Both the position numbers and the translations under genes were made by a program. A stretch of 52,832 nt of DNA from a virus (lineage: Duplodnaviria > Heunggongvirae > Uroviricota > Caudoviricetes). Under the pieces are notes generated by a model. The model saw nothing but the letters and a program-made list of their open reading frames with translations. It ran no database searches and was not told where the DNA came from. The stretch is taken from IMG/VR virus record IMGVR_UViG_3300028797_000097. One strand, given 5' to 3'. This document shows positions 26,659 through 34,973 of the stretch, in pieces (the first letter of the stretch is position 1; each line of letters starts with the position of its first letter).

Positions 26659-26687
26659 AATATAGTAAATTATTTTACTCTTGTAAA
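26659..26687 (-). promoter_or_regulatory. sigma70-like early promoter
   Basis: TTTACA-N17-TATATT. Confidence 0.8.
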
Positions 26688-26690
26688 CCC

Positions 26691-27806
26691 CTATTTAGAA
26701 ATTATTTCAATTTCATAGAAATACTTTTGCATGATACCAACCAGTTTTTCATACCAGATTTTACCATCATTAATCCATTCTTCGAGATTTGGCATTTCCA
26801 TGTTAATTAAGTCACCAACATTCTTCCATCTCAGACATTTCTTCATTCTGAACATGGTCTTAAGCTGGTTAATAATAATTTCATATCTTTCCTTGGTAAG
26901 ATACTTTGTGATATTTCCACACATATCTTTAAACAAGTCTTCAAGTTCTTTTTGGTGTTCCTTATCAGTACAAGCATTCATGTATAAAATACCATTTTTG
27001 GTAATGAGATGAATGTCACCGATAACATAATAGCTCAGTCCACGCTTCTCTCTGATTTCCTGGCAGAATGGAGAATTCAAACCTTCACATAACATCTGCA
27101 TGCCAACTAAGGCAGGGAGATATTCGGTCTTAATAACGGGATGCTTACTAAAAACAAATACATTAACTTTTTCAGAATCTGTAACCGGGAGAATTTCTTG
27201 TTTCCTATCTCTAAACTTAAGAGCTACAGGTTCAGGTAAGGTGTCTAAATATTCAATATTGCTAAAGTCTGTTTTATCCTTGCCAACTTCAACAATTCTA
27301 AGGGGTTTCGTATATTGTTCTTTTGCGACCTGAAGCATGTCTGCATAAGTAAAAGCTTCAATATCTGCTGGAATACCAGTCGGGTCGTGAACATCGAAAT
27401 AGTTATAAATTAAGTTTGTGTAATGACCATCATTTGGGTCTTCATAAGAATCGAGAAGTTCTTGCATAACGATTTTCTTTTCATTTTCAAAATCCTTCTC
27501 TGTAATATTTACATAATCGTTTAAAAGTGCTCTGACAAGTTCTTTTTTAAAGTCGGATGGTAATTTATCTTCGAGTCCTCTAAAATAAACTACAACATAA
27601 TTTTGTGAAGTGGATGCATTAAAATCAATACAATCATTTGTGAATCTGTCCATATATTTATCAACACTCTTCGTGATCAAATGTTCCATCAAGTGTGATA
27701 TTCCCCTACGACCTGGTTTTTCATATGCACAACCTGTAGGAAATACAATATTTAACGATGTTAATCCTAGTTTATTCTTCTTAAATACATGTCCTGCTTT
27801 TATCAT
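26691..27806 (-). CDS. M16 (insulinase/pitrilysin) family zinc peptidase
   Basis: GISHLMEH (HxxEH), FNASTS, EIREKRGLSY. Confidence 0.9.
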   Translation of the reverse strand: MIKAGHVFKKNKLGLTSLNIVFPTGCAYEKPGRRGISHLMEHLITKSVDKYMDRFTNDCIDFNASTSQNYVVVYFRGLEDKLPSDFKKELVRALLNDYVNITEKDFENEKKIVMQELLDSYEDPNDGHYTNLIYNYFDVHDPTGIPADIEAFTYADMLQVAKEQYTKPLRIVEVGKDKTDFSNIEYLDTLPEPVALKFRDRKQEILPVTDSEKVNVFVFSKHPVIKTEYLPALVGMQMLCEGLNSPFCQEIREKRGLSYYVIGDIHLITKNGILYMNACTDKEHQKELEDLFKDMCGNITKYLTKERYEIIINQLKTMFRMKKCLRWKNVGDLINMEMPNLEEWINDGKIWYEKLVGIMQKYFYEIEIISK

Positions 27807-28161
27807 TCCTTTCCTTTAATTTATTCTTTAACTCATTCTCGCGGGCAGGATCATAATGTTCACCGAGCAATGATTTTCTCAATTCATCGACTGACATATT
27901 GTCTGAATCTTTGACTAGACTTCGGAGGAAATCTATATCAAAGTTTATGGCATTACTATAATATGCCATATTTTTATTATATCCAGGCTTTCCTGGTCCA
28001 CACTTAAATGCCTCATTTACCCAATAGAACGAAGGTTTCTGATCGTCATAAATCTTAAATAACAGATCGTCAGAATAATACCTACGAAGAAACTTATCGT
28101 AGGCATCCAGATCTTTCATATGTGCTGGATAATCCTTCTTTAATCTTTCTATAATATACAT
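27781..28161 (-). CDS. hypothetical protein
   Basis: 126-aa ORF in operon. Confidence 0.65.
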   Translation of the reverse strand: MYIIERLKKDYPAHMKDLDAYDKFLRRYYSDDLLFKIYDDQKPSFYWVNEAFKCGPGKPGYNKNMAYYSNAINFDIDFLRSLVKDSDNMSVDELRKSLLGEHYDPARENELKNKLKERNDKSRTCI

Positions 28162-28166
28162 AATAA

Positions 28167-28763
28167 TTAGAAGTGTGTGATGTGGTCTCTATTGTGATAA
28201 TCTTTAATTTCCTTGGTCTCGGTATCATATACGAGAAGGTCAAGGTTATAAAATTTAAACCCATTACTATTAATTACATCGTATGCACTGATTCCCTTAT
28301 TACCAGTTAAATAATGATAGATATATCTAGTAACCATACCATGGCTAATGCACACGATATTGTTAACATTCGGGAATGCATCATGCATGCTATCAAAAAA
28401 CTTGAAGACTAAATCAATTTGCTTTTCCATATCTTCTGGTTTCAAAGGAACGATATTTTCAAATTCTTCCTTTGTAATTTCCCAGAACTTCAAGTTATTC
28501 AATTCGCTACAATCAAATTCATTCAATTCATTAAGAATCATCATCGGCGGAATCTTAAACAATAATTCTGCCGTTTGTTGACATCTTTTTGTTGGAGAAG
28601 AAATAATAGGAGTATTAATATCAATCTTCGGTAAGTATTGACCAATATCTTCCTGCCAATGTTCTGGCATAGTTCCAGCAATAGGTTCCTGACTGTAATC
28701 CTGAACCATAGCTCCAGTCAAGTTCGGTGCAGTCGGTGCATGTCTCAAAAAATACAATTTCAT
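28167..28763 (-). CDS. histidine phosphatase superfamily protein
   Basis: LRHAPT (RHG-like), SSPTKRCQQTA, LNEFD, SHG. Confidence 0.85.
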   Translation of the reverse strand: MKLYFLRHAPTAPNLTGAMVQDYSQEPIAGTMPEHWQEDIGQYLPKIDINTPIISSPTKRCQQTAELLFKIPPMMILNELNEFDCSELNNLKFWEITKEEFENIVPLKPEDMEKQIDLVFKFFDSMHDAFPNVNNIVCISHGMVTRYIYHYLTGNKGISAYDVINSNGFKFYNLDLLVYDTETKEIKDYHNRDHITHF

Positions 28764-28765
28764 TT

Positions 28766-29134
28766 TTAAGTCCTGTTAATCTTTTTAATAAAATCGCTTT
28801 CACAAGTGCTTAATCTAGGTGCGAAAATAATCTTTAAAATATCTTCCGGCTTTTCGGTTCTATAAATGACTTGATCCGTGCACTTGAACGGATTATTATC
28901 AACGCCTTCAAAGTAAAGATAGAAACTTTTTTCATCGAAGACGAGCATTGCGTCAATATATCCGGTGTTTTCATCCTGAATATAGAATTTATATCCTAAA
29001 ACACCTTCTACTTGTGTTTTACACAATGCTGTTAACTGAATGTCAAGACCTGACTTGAACTGTTCATACATTTCATCACATGTCGCATAAGCGGTCATGA
29101 TGCAGAAGAGTAATGCAAGAATAATTTTCTTCAT
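28766..29134 (-). CDS. secreted hypothetical protein
   Basis: ATG 29134 MKKIILALLFCIMTAYA signal peptide; four Cys in the mature part. Confidence 0.7.
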   Translation of the reverse strand: MKKIILALLFCIMTAYATCDEMYEQFKSGLDIQLTALCKTQVEGVLGYKFYIQDENTGYIDAMLVFDEKSFYLYFEGVDNNPFKCTDQVIYRTEKPEDILKIIFAPRLSTCESDFIKKINRT

Positions 29135-29142
29135 GGTATTAC

Positions 29143-29373
29143 CTACTTTGTATTGGCAATCATTGTCATGCAATTTGCCAGATCCTCGATGTTAGAAATA
29201 CTATTGGCTATCAATTTATTGTTCTTGGTGTATATGTTAAAAGAGTCGTTTTGTTGTTTAACAATAAATTGACGACCAGATTTTGCATTAAATTTGAAAT
29301 AATCCAAGTGTCTTGCCTTGGTCTCATCCCAAATCCTACGGATTTCAATAATTTCTCTATCCAACATACACAC
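29143..29373 (-). CDS. hypothetical protein
   Basis: First ORF after promoter 29386, GAGGT RBS. Confidence 0.65.
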   Translation of the reverse strand: MCMLDREIIEIRRIWDETKARHLDYFKFNAKSGRQFIVKQQNDSFNIYTKNNKLIANSISNIEDLANCMTMIANTK

Positions 29374-29385
29374 CTCTTTTATGTA

Positions 29386-29414
29386 AATATAGCAAAGGTG
29401 TAATACATTGTAAA
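29386..29414 (-). promoter_or_regulatory. sigma70-like early promoter
   Basis: TTTACA-N17-TATATT. Confidence 0.75.
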
Positions 29415-29417
29415 CGC

Positions 29418-30164
29418 TTATTTTTTAAATAATTTTAAGAAAATATCAAGTAATGTTTCAAAAAGACCCTTTTCTACTGGTTTTTCTTGAATTTTTTCTG
29501 ATTTTTCTTCTTTAATTTCAGGTTTCGATTCTTCTCTAACTTCTGGAACTTTTACTTCGACAATTTCTTCTTTAACTTCTTTTGCTTCTTCTATTACTAT
29601 TTCTTCTATAGGAGAAACTCTAATAATAAAATCTTGCCACTTAGAAATATCATTTGTATCTTCATTCCAACCAATAATGCCAGGGCACAACTTCCCATTA
29701 ATATCATAATGTCTGATAACATGGTCTGGTTTAATATTGTATTCTTCCATTAATTTCTTTGTAAGTTCTACGCAGTTATTTATTACCGCATCTGTAAAAT
29801 ACCAGTTTTCATCATTTGGCGATGTAACTTTCTTTGCAGAATTTGTAGAACACATCTCGATACCGATAGAATTAGCACTTGTGCATACTTTATATAGCGA
29901 ACCGCCTTTGGTCTTATATTTAGAACCGCCACAATGCCAGCAGTATCTGTTCTTTATATCAGGGTTATACTGGACTATGTTTTCGTCGTCAATAATGAAG
30001 TCTGCAGAGGCTTTTGTAGTTTCCTTAGCAAAATACTTAGCATTTGATTTCGCAGTCCCTGGCTTGCTTGTAACGCCCGCAGTATAGTGTATAACGATAT
30101 ATTTAATCTTTCGATTTTTTGATTCTGTTGTATTGGCTGTATTAGTGCATTCTATGATATTCAT
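29418..30164 (-). CDS. N-acetylmuramoyl-L-alanine amidase (Amidase_2), probable endolysin
   Basis: IVIHYTA, SADFIID, WHCGG, SIGIEMC, VIRHYD, KLCPG; E/K-rich linker and amphipathic C-terminal helix. Confidence 0.9.
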   Translation of the reverse strand: MNIIECTNTANTTESKNRKIKYIVIHYTAGVTSKPGTAKSNAKYFAKETTKASADFIIDDENIVQYNPDIKNRYCWHCGGSKYKTKGGSLYKVCTSANSIGIEMCSTNSAKKVTSPNDENWYFTDAVINNCVELTKKLMEEYNIKPDHVIRHYDINGKLCPGIIGWNEDTNDISKWQDFIIRVSPIEEIVIEEAKEVKEEIVEVKVPEVREESKPEIKEEKSEKIQEKPVEKGLFETLLDIFLKLFKK

Positions 30165-30168
30165 ACAT

Positions 30169-30176
30169 TATTTATA
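30169..30176 (-). promoter_or_regulatory. T4-type late promoter (amidase)
   Basis: TATAAATA ending 5 nt before the ATG; a second copy overlaps on + (30173-30180). Confidence 0.65.
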
Positions 30177-30180
30177 AATA

Positions 30181-30210
30181 GAAAAACCGGAACTAAATTC
30201 CGGTTTTCTT
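30181..30210 (-). terminator. intrinsic terminator
   Basis: gaaaaaccggaa/ttccggttttc. Confidence 0.8.
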
Positions 30211-30227
30211 TTAATTTAAATTTATTA

Positions 30228-31166
30228 TTATGCTCTTAATTCAGATGCGTTTCGCTTTGTACATGCCAAACCAATCATCTTTTTAACAGTTTCTTCACCG
30301 TAATGGTCAACATATGCACGAACATGACTTGTAATTGCTGGATATTTACCATACCAAACTGGAATTTCAGTAAATGTAACAGTATCACCAAGTTTCATAT
30401 TTGCAATTTCATCAATATGTTTACCGCCAACGCATAAATCAAATAAACGTCCTAATGCACTTTTAGCACGATCATTTGCAGTACCATCTATAAATTTTTT
30501 AAGGCAAGCATCAAGCATGGATTCATCTTTACATGCATATGTAAGAGTTACATTACCTGCAGTATAGCCATCACCTAGACGTTTTTTTGGCGCAGGTGTT
30601 TGTTTATTTTGACTTTGAATATCGTCAAGTTCCTGGTCCATAGCATCCATATAAGCATCTTCGCGAATGAGCTTAGAACACTTATTTTGGAGTAACTTTT
30701 TAGCTTCTGTTAGCTTTGCCTTTGCAGCATTAATTGCACGAGAACCAAGTGCTTTATATAATCCGTCAAAATTCAAACCATTAAAATCGGCATTTAAGTC
30801 AAATGGCTGACCTGGATTATTTTTCTTATATGCTAAAAATTCACTAGTTGCTGCGATAAACATAGCTTTTAATTCTGTAATATCATTAGGATCTTCGTCT
30901 CCAGTTAACCAACCGCAATCATCGATTGCAATTCTAATTATACCAGGTAAAAATCTGTCTTGACCTTTTTCTCTCCAAAAGAGATGAGAAAATGTAGCAC
31001 GTGCTTGTTGAATAAGCTCTTCAACAGAAGAACAGCCAGTACGAGTTAATGCATCTGAAGATTTTATCCATTGTATTGCTTTTCTAATGCCATCAGAGTT
31101 AGCATCTTCTTTAAGAAGTGTATATCCCTTATTTTTAAGTAAGCCTTTAGCTTCTTGTAAATTCAT
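30228..31166 (-). CDS. leader-family late protein with internal second leader
   Basis: MNLQEAKGLLKNKGYTLLKE; internal KLTEAKKLLQNKCSKLIRE. Confidence 0.75.
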   Translation of the reverse strand: MNLQEAKGLLKNKGYTLLKEDANSDGIRKAIQWIKSSDALTRTGCSSVEELIQQARATFSHLFWREKGQDRFLPGIIRIAIDDCGWLTGDEDPNDITELKAMFIAATSEFLAYKKNNPGQPFDLNADFNGLNFDGLYKALGSRAINAAKAKLTEAKKLLQNKCSKLIREDAYMDAMDQELDDIQSQNKQTPAPKKRLGDGYTAGNVTLTYACKDESMLDACLKKFIDGTANDRAKSALGRLFDLCVGGKHIDEIANMKLGDTVTFTEIPVWYGKYPAITSHVRAYVDHYGEETVKKMIGLACTKRNASELRA

Positions 31167-31189
31167 TTTTTCTCCTTGTTATTTTATAT

Positions 31190-31197
31190 TATTTATA
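31190..31197 (-). promoter_or_regulatory. T4-type late promoter
   Basis: TATAAATA(ATATAAA). Confidence 0.75.
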
Positions 31198-31200
31198 AGA

Positions 31201-31229
31201 AAAAACCGAACACTTATGTCCGGTTTTTT
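31201..31229 (-). terminator. intrinsic terminator (imperfect) abutting late promoter
   Basis: aaaaaccg...ccggtttttt. Confidence 0.6.
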
Positions 31230-31259
31230 GAATGCATTCACAAGTTCTAAGCTAAAGGA

Positions 31260-31322
31260 TTAGACCTTTCCGCCCTTTGCCCAAGGTGGTACATTCGCTT
31301 TTGTTTCTTTTGATTTTGCCAT
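31260..31322 (-). CDS. 20-aa basic late micro-peptide (not in ORF track)
   Basis: MAKSKETKANVPPWAKGGKV; GGAGG RBS; own late promoter. Confidence 0.65.
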   Translation of the reverse strand: MAKSKETKANVPPWAKGGKV

Positions 31323-31342
31323 TTTTTCCTCCATTATATTAT

Positions 31343-31350
31343 TATTTATA
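31343..31350 (-). promoter_or_regulatory. T4-type late promoter overlapping the upstream stop codon
   Basis: TATAAATA includes the TAA of 31346..32629. Confidence 0.65.
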
Positions 31351-32629
31351 AGGCGTCTCTGATTAATTTATTGATTTTATCCTTATTGAAATTATGTTTG
31401 GTTATTTCAGGATGTGTCTTAATAACTTGACATAATTTAAGAATTTCGTCGAAATATTTTTGTTGCTTAGCCTTTGGCAACTTATTAAATTGGTTACTAA
31501 AGAGCTTTGTAACAAGATTCTTAGCAATTTTAGATATACTGTTCTTAGAACGCTGGATAGCATCGATATAATCTGGAAGTTTCTGGTGTAATTTTGCTTC
31601 ATATTCAAGTTCGTCAGAAGCATAAGCACCTGAAGCCATTACTTGATGAGCATCATAGTCATGTGCATCTTCAGTTCCATCTAATTGCTTATTATTAGCC
31701 TGAATATAGTGAGTTAATTCATGATGAAGAACTTCCTGGAAGAAATCACCAAAATATTCTTCCATAATCTTATCAACAACCTGCATTGGTGTTTCTGCAT
31801 CAGCTTCAACTTCTTCTACAGCATCCTTGAACTTGAATGAATCGTCAACATAAGTATAGCTACTATAACCATAATTACCACCGTAACCATATCCGCCATA
31901 GCCATAACTACCATAATAACCATTGCTGCTGGAACCATATCTATCACGGAAACGAGCATATAATGCATCACGTTCTGCGGTTCGACCAGTAGTCGGAGTT
32001 GCTGTCTTTTTCTTACCCTTGTTCTTTTCAAGGTTAGCTAAAATCCTATCAACTTGTTCTTGACCTTCTGAAGCTTTTTCTCTAGCTTTTGGGAATGGAA
32101 TTGTATTGATTTTTCTACTTGTATACTTACCTTCTGTAATTTTCTTAGTTCCTTTTGTAGTAGAACCAGCGGTCTTAGTTGTAGCAGCAGAAATAACGTT
32201 TGGTAAGTTAATCATCAAAATGACTGGATCTGTATCTGGGTTTGTATCACCCATGGCGTTAGCATATAATGCACCTTTTCCTCTACCTTTCTGTGCATCA
32301 TAATCACTACGAATATCTTTTTTATCACCATAGAGTTTAACAGTCAATGCTTTCATTCTGACTGGTTCTGGACGATAAGTAACAGGAACCATCAATGCTG
32401 GGATTTCGATTGTAATTGTCTTTTCTACATCTTCGCCATCATAAACCTTGTCAAGCATCTGTGTGAGCTTTTGTCTTAACAATTTCATGATACGTGCTTT
32501 ATATTTTGTAACAAGTTCCTCTACGTCAAACGTTCTATTTTCTGTGACTAAACGATTTTCAGAAATGATATAACCTGACTCTGTAAGAACCTTTAATGCC
32601 TTATATATTTCCAGTTCATTGAGCTTCAT
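31346..32629 (-). CDS. late protein with divergent leader and HExxH zincin-like domain
   Basis: MKLNELEIYKALKVLTESGYIISE; G/Y/S-rich linker; VLHHELTHYIQ and downstream ELEYEA. Confidence 0.7.
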   Translation of the reverse strand: MKLNELEIYKALKVLTESGYIISENRLVTENRTFDVEELVTKYKARIMKLLRQKLTQMLDKVYDGEDVEKTITIEIPALMVPVTYRPEPVRMKALTVKLYGDKKDIRSDYDAQKGRGKGALYANAMGDTNPDTDPVILMINLPNVISAATTKTAGSTTKGTKKITEGKYTSRKINTIPFPKAREKASEGQEQVDRILANLEKNKGKKKTATPTTGRTAERDALYARFRDRYGSSSNGYYGSYGYGGYGYGGNYGYSSYTYVDDSFKFKDAVEEVEADAETPMQVVDKIMEEYFGDFFQEVLHHELTHYIQANNKQLDGTEDAHDYDAHQVMASGAYASDELEYEAKLHQKLPDYIDAIQRSKNSISKIAKNLVTKLFSNQFNKLPKAKQQKYFDEILKLCQVIKTHPEITKHNFNKDKINKLIRDAL

Positions 32630-32651
32630 AAAGTTCCTTTTTATTTTATAT

Positions 32652-32659
32652 TATTTATA
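32652..32659 (-). promoter_or_regulatory. T4-type late promoter
   Basis: TATAAATA(ATATAAA). Confidence 0.75.
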
Positions 32660-32661
32660 AC

Positions 32662-32692
32662 AAAAAAGGTAGTCAAATTAATGACTACCTTT
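32662..32692 (-). terminator. intrinsic terminator abutting late promoter
   Basis: aaaggtagtca/tgactaccttt plus U-tract. Confidence 0.8.
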
Positions 32693-32715
32693 AAGGTACT
32701 ATGCGATACAATATA

Positions 32716-33279
32716 TCACACTCTTAGGAACATATCTAAAATTGATTCTGATTTTTTCTGTAATTCTGCATGTAATCGTTCGTTTTCTTTTATGACATTC
32801 ATAATGTCATGAATAATCATATTTTTAGAGAACTTCTGGTCATATTCGTCGCAGTATTCAGTTAACCTGGAAATGCTGTCTTCAATACTACAATGAATTT
32901 CAGTTTTTTCTGTTTCCAAAGGTTTATCTTTGTCGATTACTTCCTTGATAGCATTGAAATATTTTTCAAACTTATCGAACTTAAACCTTACTCTAGTATC
33001 ACCGTCGAACTCATAATATTCAGACATAATGAAGTCTGGAATATCCTTAATTTTCTGTTTTACATACTTATAAAGACGAATATTACAGTATGTAAAATCA
33101 TCTTCAGCTGTTCTGAACGTGATCGTTCCAATGACAGCTTCTCGATAAAGAACATGCCAAACCCTATCATTCATAATATGGATTGACTGAATATCGATAT
33201 TCATTCGGTCAAGAAGAACATGTAATAGATAAGATGACTGGTTTAAATAGTCAAATATTTGTTTTTCATCTTGTCTCAT
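32716..33279 (-). CDS. hypothetical protein
   Basis: 187-aa ORF. Confidence 0.7.
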   Translation of the reverse strand: MRQDEKQIFDYLNQSSYLLHVLLDRMNIDIQSIHIMNDRVWHVLYREAVIGTITFRTAEDDFTYCNIRLYKYVKQKIKDIPDFIMSEYYEFDGDTRVRFKFDKFEKYFNAIKEVIDKDKPLETEKTEIHCSIEDSISRLTEYCDEYDQKFSKNMIIHDIMNVIKENERLHAELQKKSESILDMFLRV

Positions 33280-33283
33280 GGTT

Positions 33284-33466
33284 TTACGAAGGTAAATACG
33301 TTAAAAGAGCTACAAAAGCAATATTCAAAATATAAAATTTAGCAAGAGAACCAAAAACATCGCCGACACTCATTGGTTTGTTCATATCGATAGATGTCGT
33401 GGTGACAATAAGAAATACAAGTTCAACTATGAACAGAATTGAACCATAACCAAGAACACTAAGCAT
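33284..33466 (-). CDS. small two-TM membrane protein
   Basis: ATG 33466 (MLSVLGYG) overlapping the upstream stop, GGAG RBS. Confidence 0.6.
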   Translation of the reverse strand: MLSVLGYGSILFIVELVFLIVTTTSIDMNKPMSVGDVFGSLAKFYILNIAFVALLTYLPS

Positions 33467-33659
33467 GTGCAATCTCCTCTTTCTTTTTATAAGGGTGAGT
33501 TTTATCCTTTTCAATAGAGATAATTGTCGGAATTGAACCATAAGCTTCGCTGATGAATGATTCAAGTTCCTTCTGGACTTCTTCCTCATTTTCACCATAA
33601 CGCTTAAAAATCATGGGTTCATTCAGAATTGTTACTACACACTTGTATCTTTCTTTCAT
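33459..33659 (-). CDS. hypothetical protein
   Basis: ATG 33659 (MKERYK) with AGGAG RBS. Confidence 0.65.
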   Translation of the reverse strand: MKERYKCVVTILNEPMIFKRYGENEEEVQKELESFISEAYGSIPTIISIEKDKTHPYKKKEEIAHA

Positions 33660-33686
33660 AAAATAAAAACTCCTTTTTACCATTAC

Positions 33687-33715
33687 AATATAGCAAAAAG
33701 GAGGAGAATTGTAAA
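33687..33715 (-). promoter_or_regulatory. sigma70-like early promoter
   Basis: TTTACA-N17-TATATT. Confidence 0.75.
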
Positions 33716-33743
33716 TAGGTTATTGACTAGTTAATTTATTCAG

Positions 33744-34202
33744 TTACCATTCAACTGATTGGCCATCTGGAATGCTTTTAAATATTGCTTCAGTAAAATT
33801 GATAATTAACATAGAACCGTCAATATATCTAAATGCAATATATGTACAACCTTCTTTAGTTTCTTCGTCAAATTCTTGTGCATATAAATCTGTAACACAT
33901 GGGTATGTTCCATGATAGTTTAAAAACTTTTCAAATGATGGACATCCATCTTTATTAACATTTGTAATTAATGCACAAAGTTCATCATTTTTGCCTACAT
34001 ATCCAATAGTGCTACAAACAGTAAGTGCATCTGGAGACATAACGACATTCATCAGTTTATCCCAGTTTACATACCTGTCAAAAACCTTTAATATTTCAGC
34101 AAATCTTTCATGAGACCATCTACCATAAGTATCGTCTTTCCAGAATTGCCACCATTTCTTTTTAGTATCTGAGAATTTAAAATTAACCTGCTTGATTTTC
34201 AT
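33744..34202 (-). CDS. hypothetical protein
   Basis: 152-aa ORF; KKKWWQFWK near the N-terminus. Confidence 0.7.
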   Translation of the reverse strand: MKIKQVNFKFSDTKKKWWQFWKDDTYGRWSHERFAEILKVFDRYVNWDKLMNVVMSPDALTVCSTIGYVGKNDELCALITNVNKDGCPSFEKFLNYHGTYPCVTDLYAQEFDEETKEGCTYIAFRYIDGSMLIINFTEAIFKSIPDGQSVEW

Positions 34203-34971
34203 TTGTAAAAACCTTTATCTCTGCTTGATTTTCATTTGTAAAAACATCTACCTTATTATATATGTCATACATGCCACTCATCTTTCTGGTAATTTCAGAA
34301 ATTATTTGGCTACATTCTTTATTCTTACGTGCTCGTTCTTCTCTCTTTTCATATTCTTCATTAAAAATATGTGGAAGTTCAACTTCGCATGCGGGAGTAT
34401 TATATTCTATCGTTTCAATATTATTTTTCTTTGCATATTCTGCAAATGTAGAAATAATTTTATCTCTATACTTTTCAGAATCTTTAACTGGATAATAGTC
34501 ATTAACATATTTTAAATATTCTTCAATTTTACCAGGAACAAGTCTAACATTTTGACATCTTCCCCAACAGGTAGATAATGTATAGCCTTGACCAAGCAAA
34601 CTAAGATATTGACTAATTTCACTATCTACACTCTGAAAATTCTCTAAGTATCTTTCACAGGTACTTTTTAAATATTCAAATAGATAATCACTGGTTTTGT
34701 CTTCAATATCAGAAGAAAAGAATTTAAAACCTTTTGAAATTTTATTAGTATATGGACCATCAAAATGGTCATAAATCAGGTTTCTATACTTTTCAGGAAT
34801 TGTTGATTTATAATTACTAAGAACTTTAATATTAAGTCCATCATCATCATATGCCAATTCAAAATTTTTATTAAACAATTCCTTAAACTTAGGATCTTTA
34901 TCGATGCGGATTTTTAATTCAAACATCTTATCATCAACAAGTTTTTTCATTGCTTCTGCGGATATACCCAT
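34183..34971 (-). CDS. hypothetical protein
   Basis: 262-aa ORF ending in duplicated VFTNENQA. Confidence 0.7.
   Translation of the reverse strand: MGISAEAMKKLVDDKMFELKIRIDKDPKFKELFNKNFELAYDDDGLNIKVLSNYKSTIPEKYRNLIYDHFDGPYTNKISKGFKFFSSDIEDKTSDYLFEYLKSTCERYLENFQSVDSEISQYLSLLGQGYTLSTCWGRCQNVRLVPGKIEEYLKYVNDYYPVKDSEKYRDKIISTFAEYAKKNNIETIEYNTPACEVELPHIFNEEYEKREERARKNKECSQIISEITRKMSGMYDIYNKVDVFTNENQAEIKVFTNENQAG
34188..34245. repeat. 25-bp direct repeat, two copies, period 33 bp
   Basis: ctgcttgattttcatttgtaaaaac at 34188-34212 and 34221-34245. Confidence 0.95.
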
Positions 34972-34973
34972 TA

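Noticed and set aside
31850-31945. Periodic acc/ata/gcc repeats
   Set aside because: They are coding low complexity (Gly/Tyr/Ser linker) in 31346..32629, not a separate element.
33284-33683. ORF-track starts at 33598 and 33683 (likewise 17560, 20717, 42145, 43336, 45396, 50289, 51508, 51574)
   Set aside because: These extensions run into promoters or upstream genes. Downstream ATGs with an SD, a leader motif or +1 position fit better.
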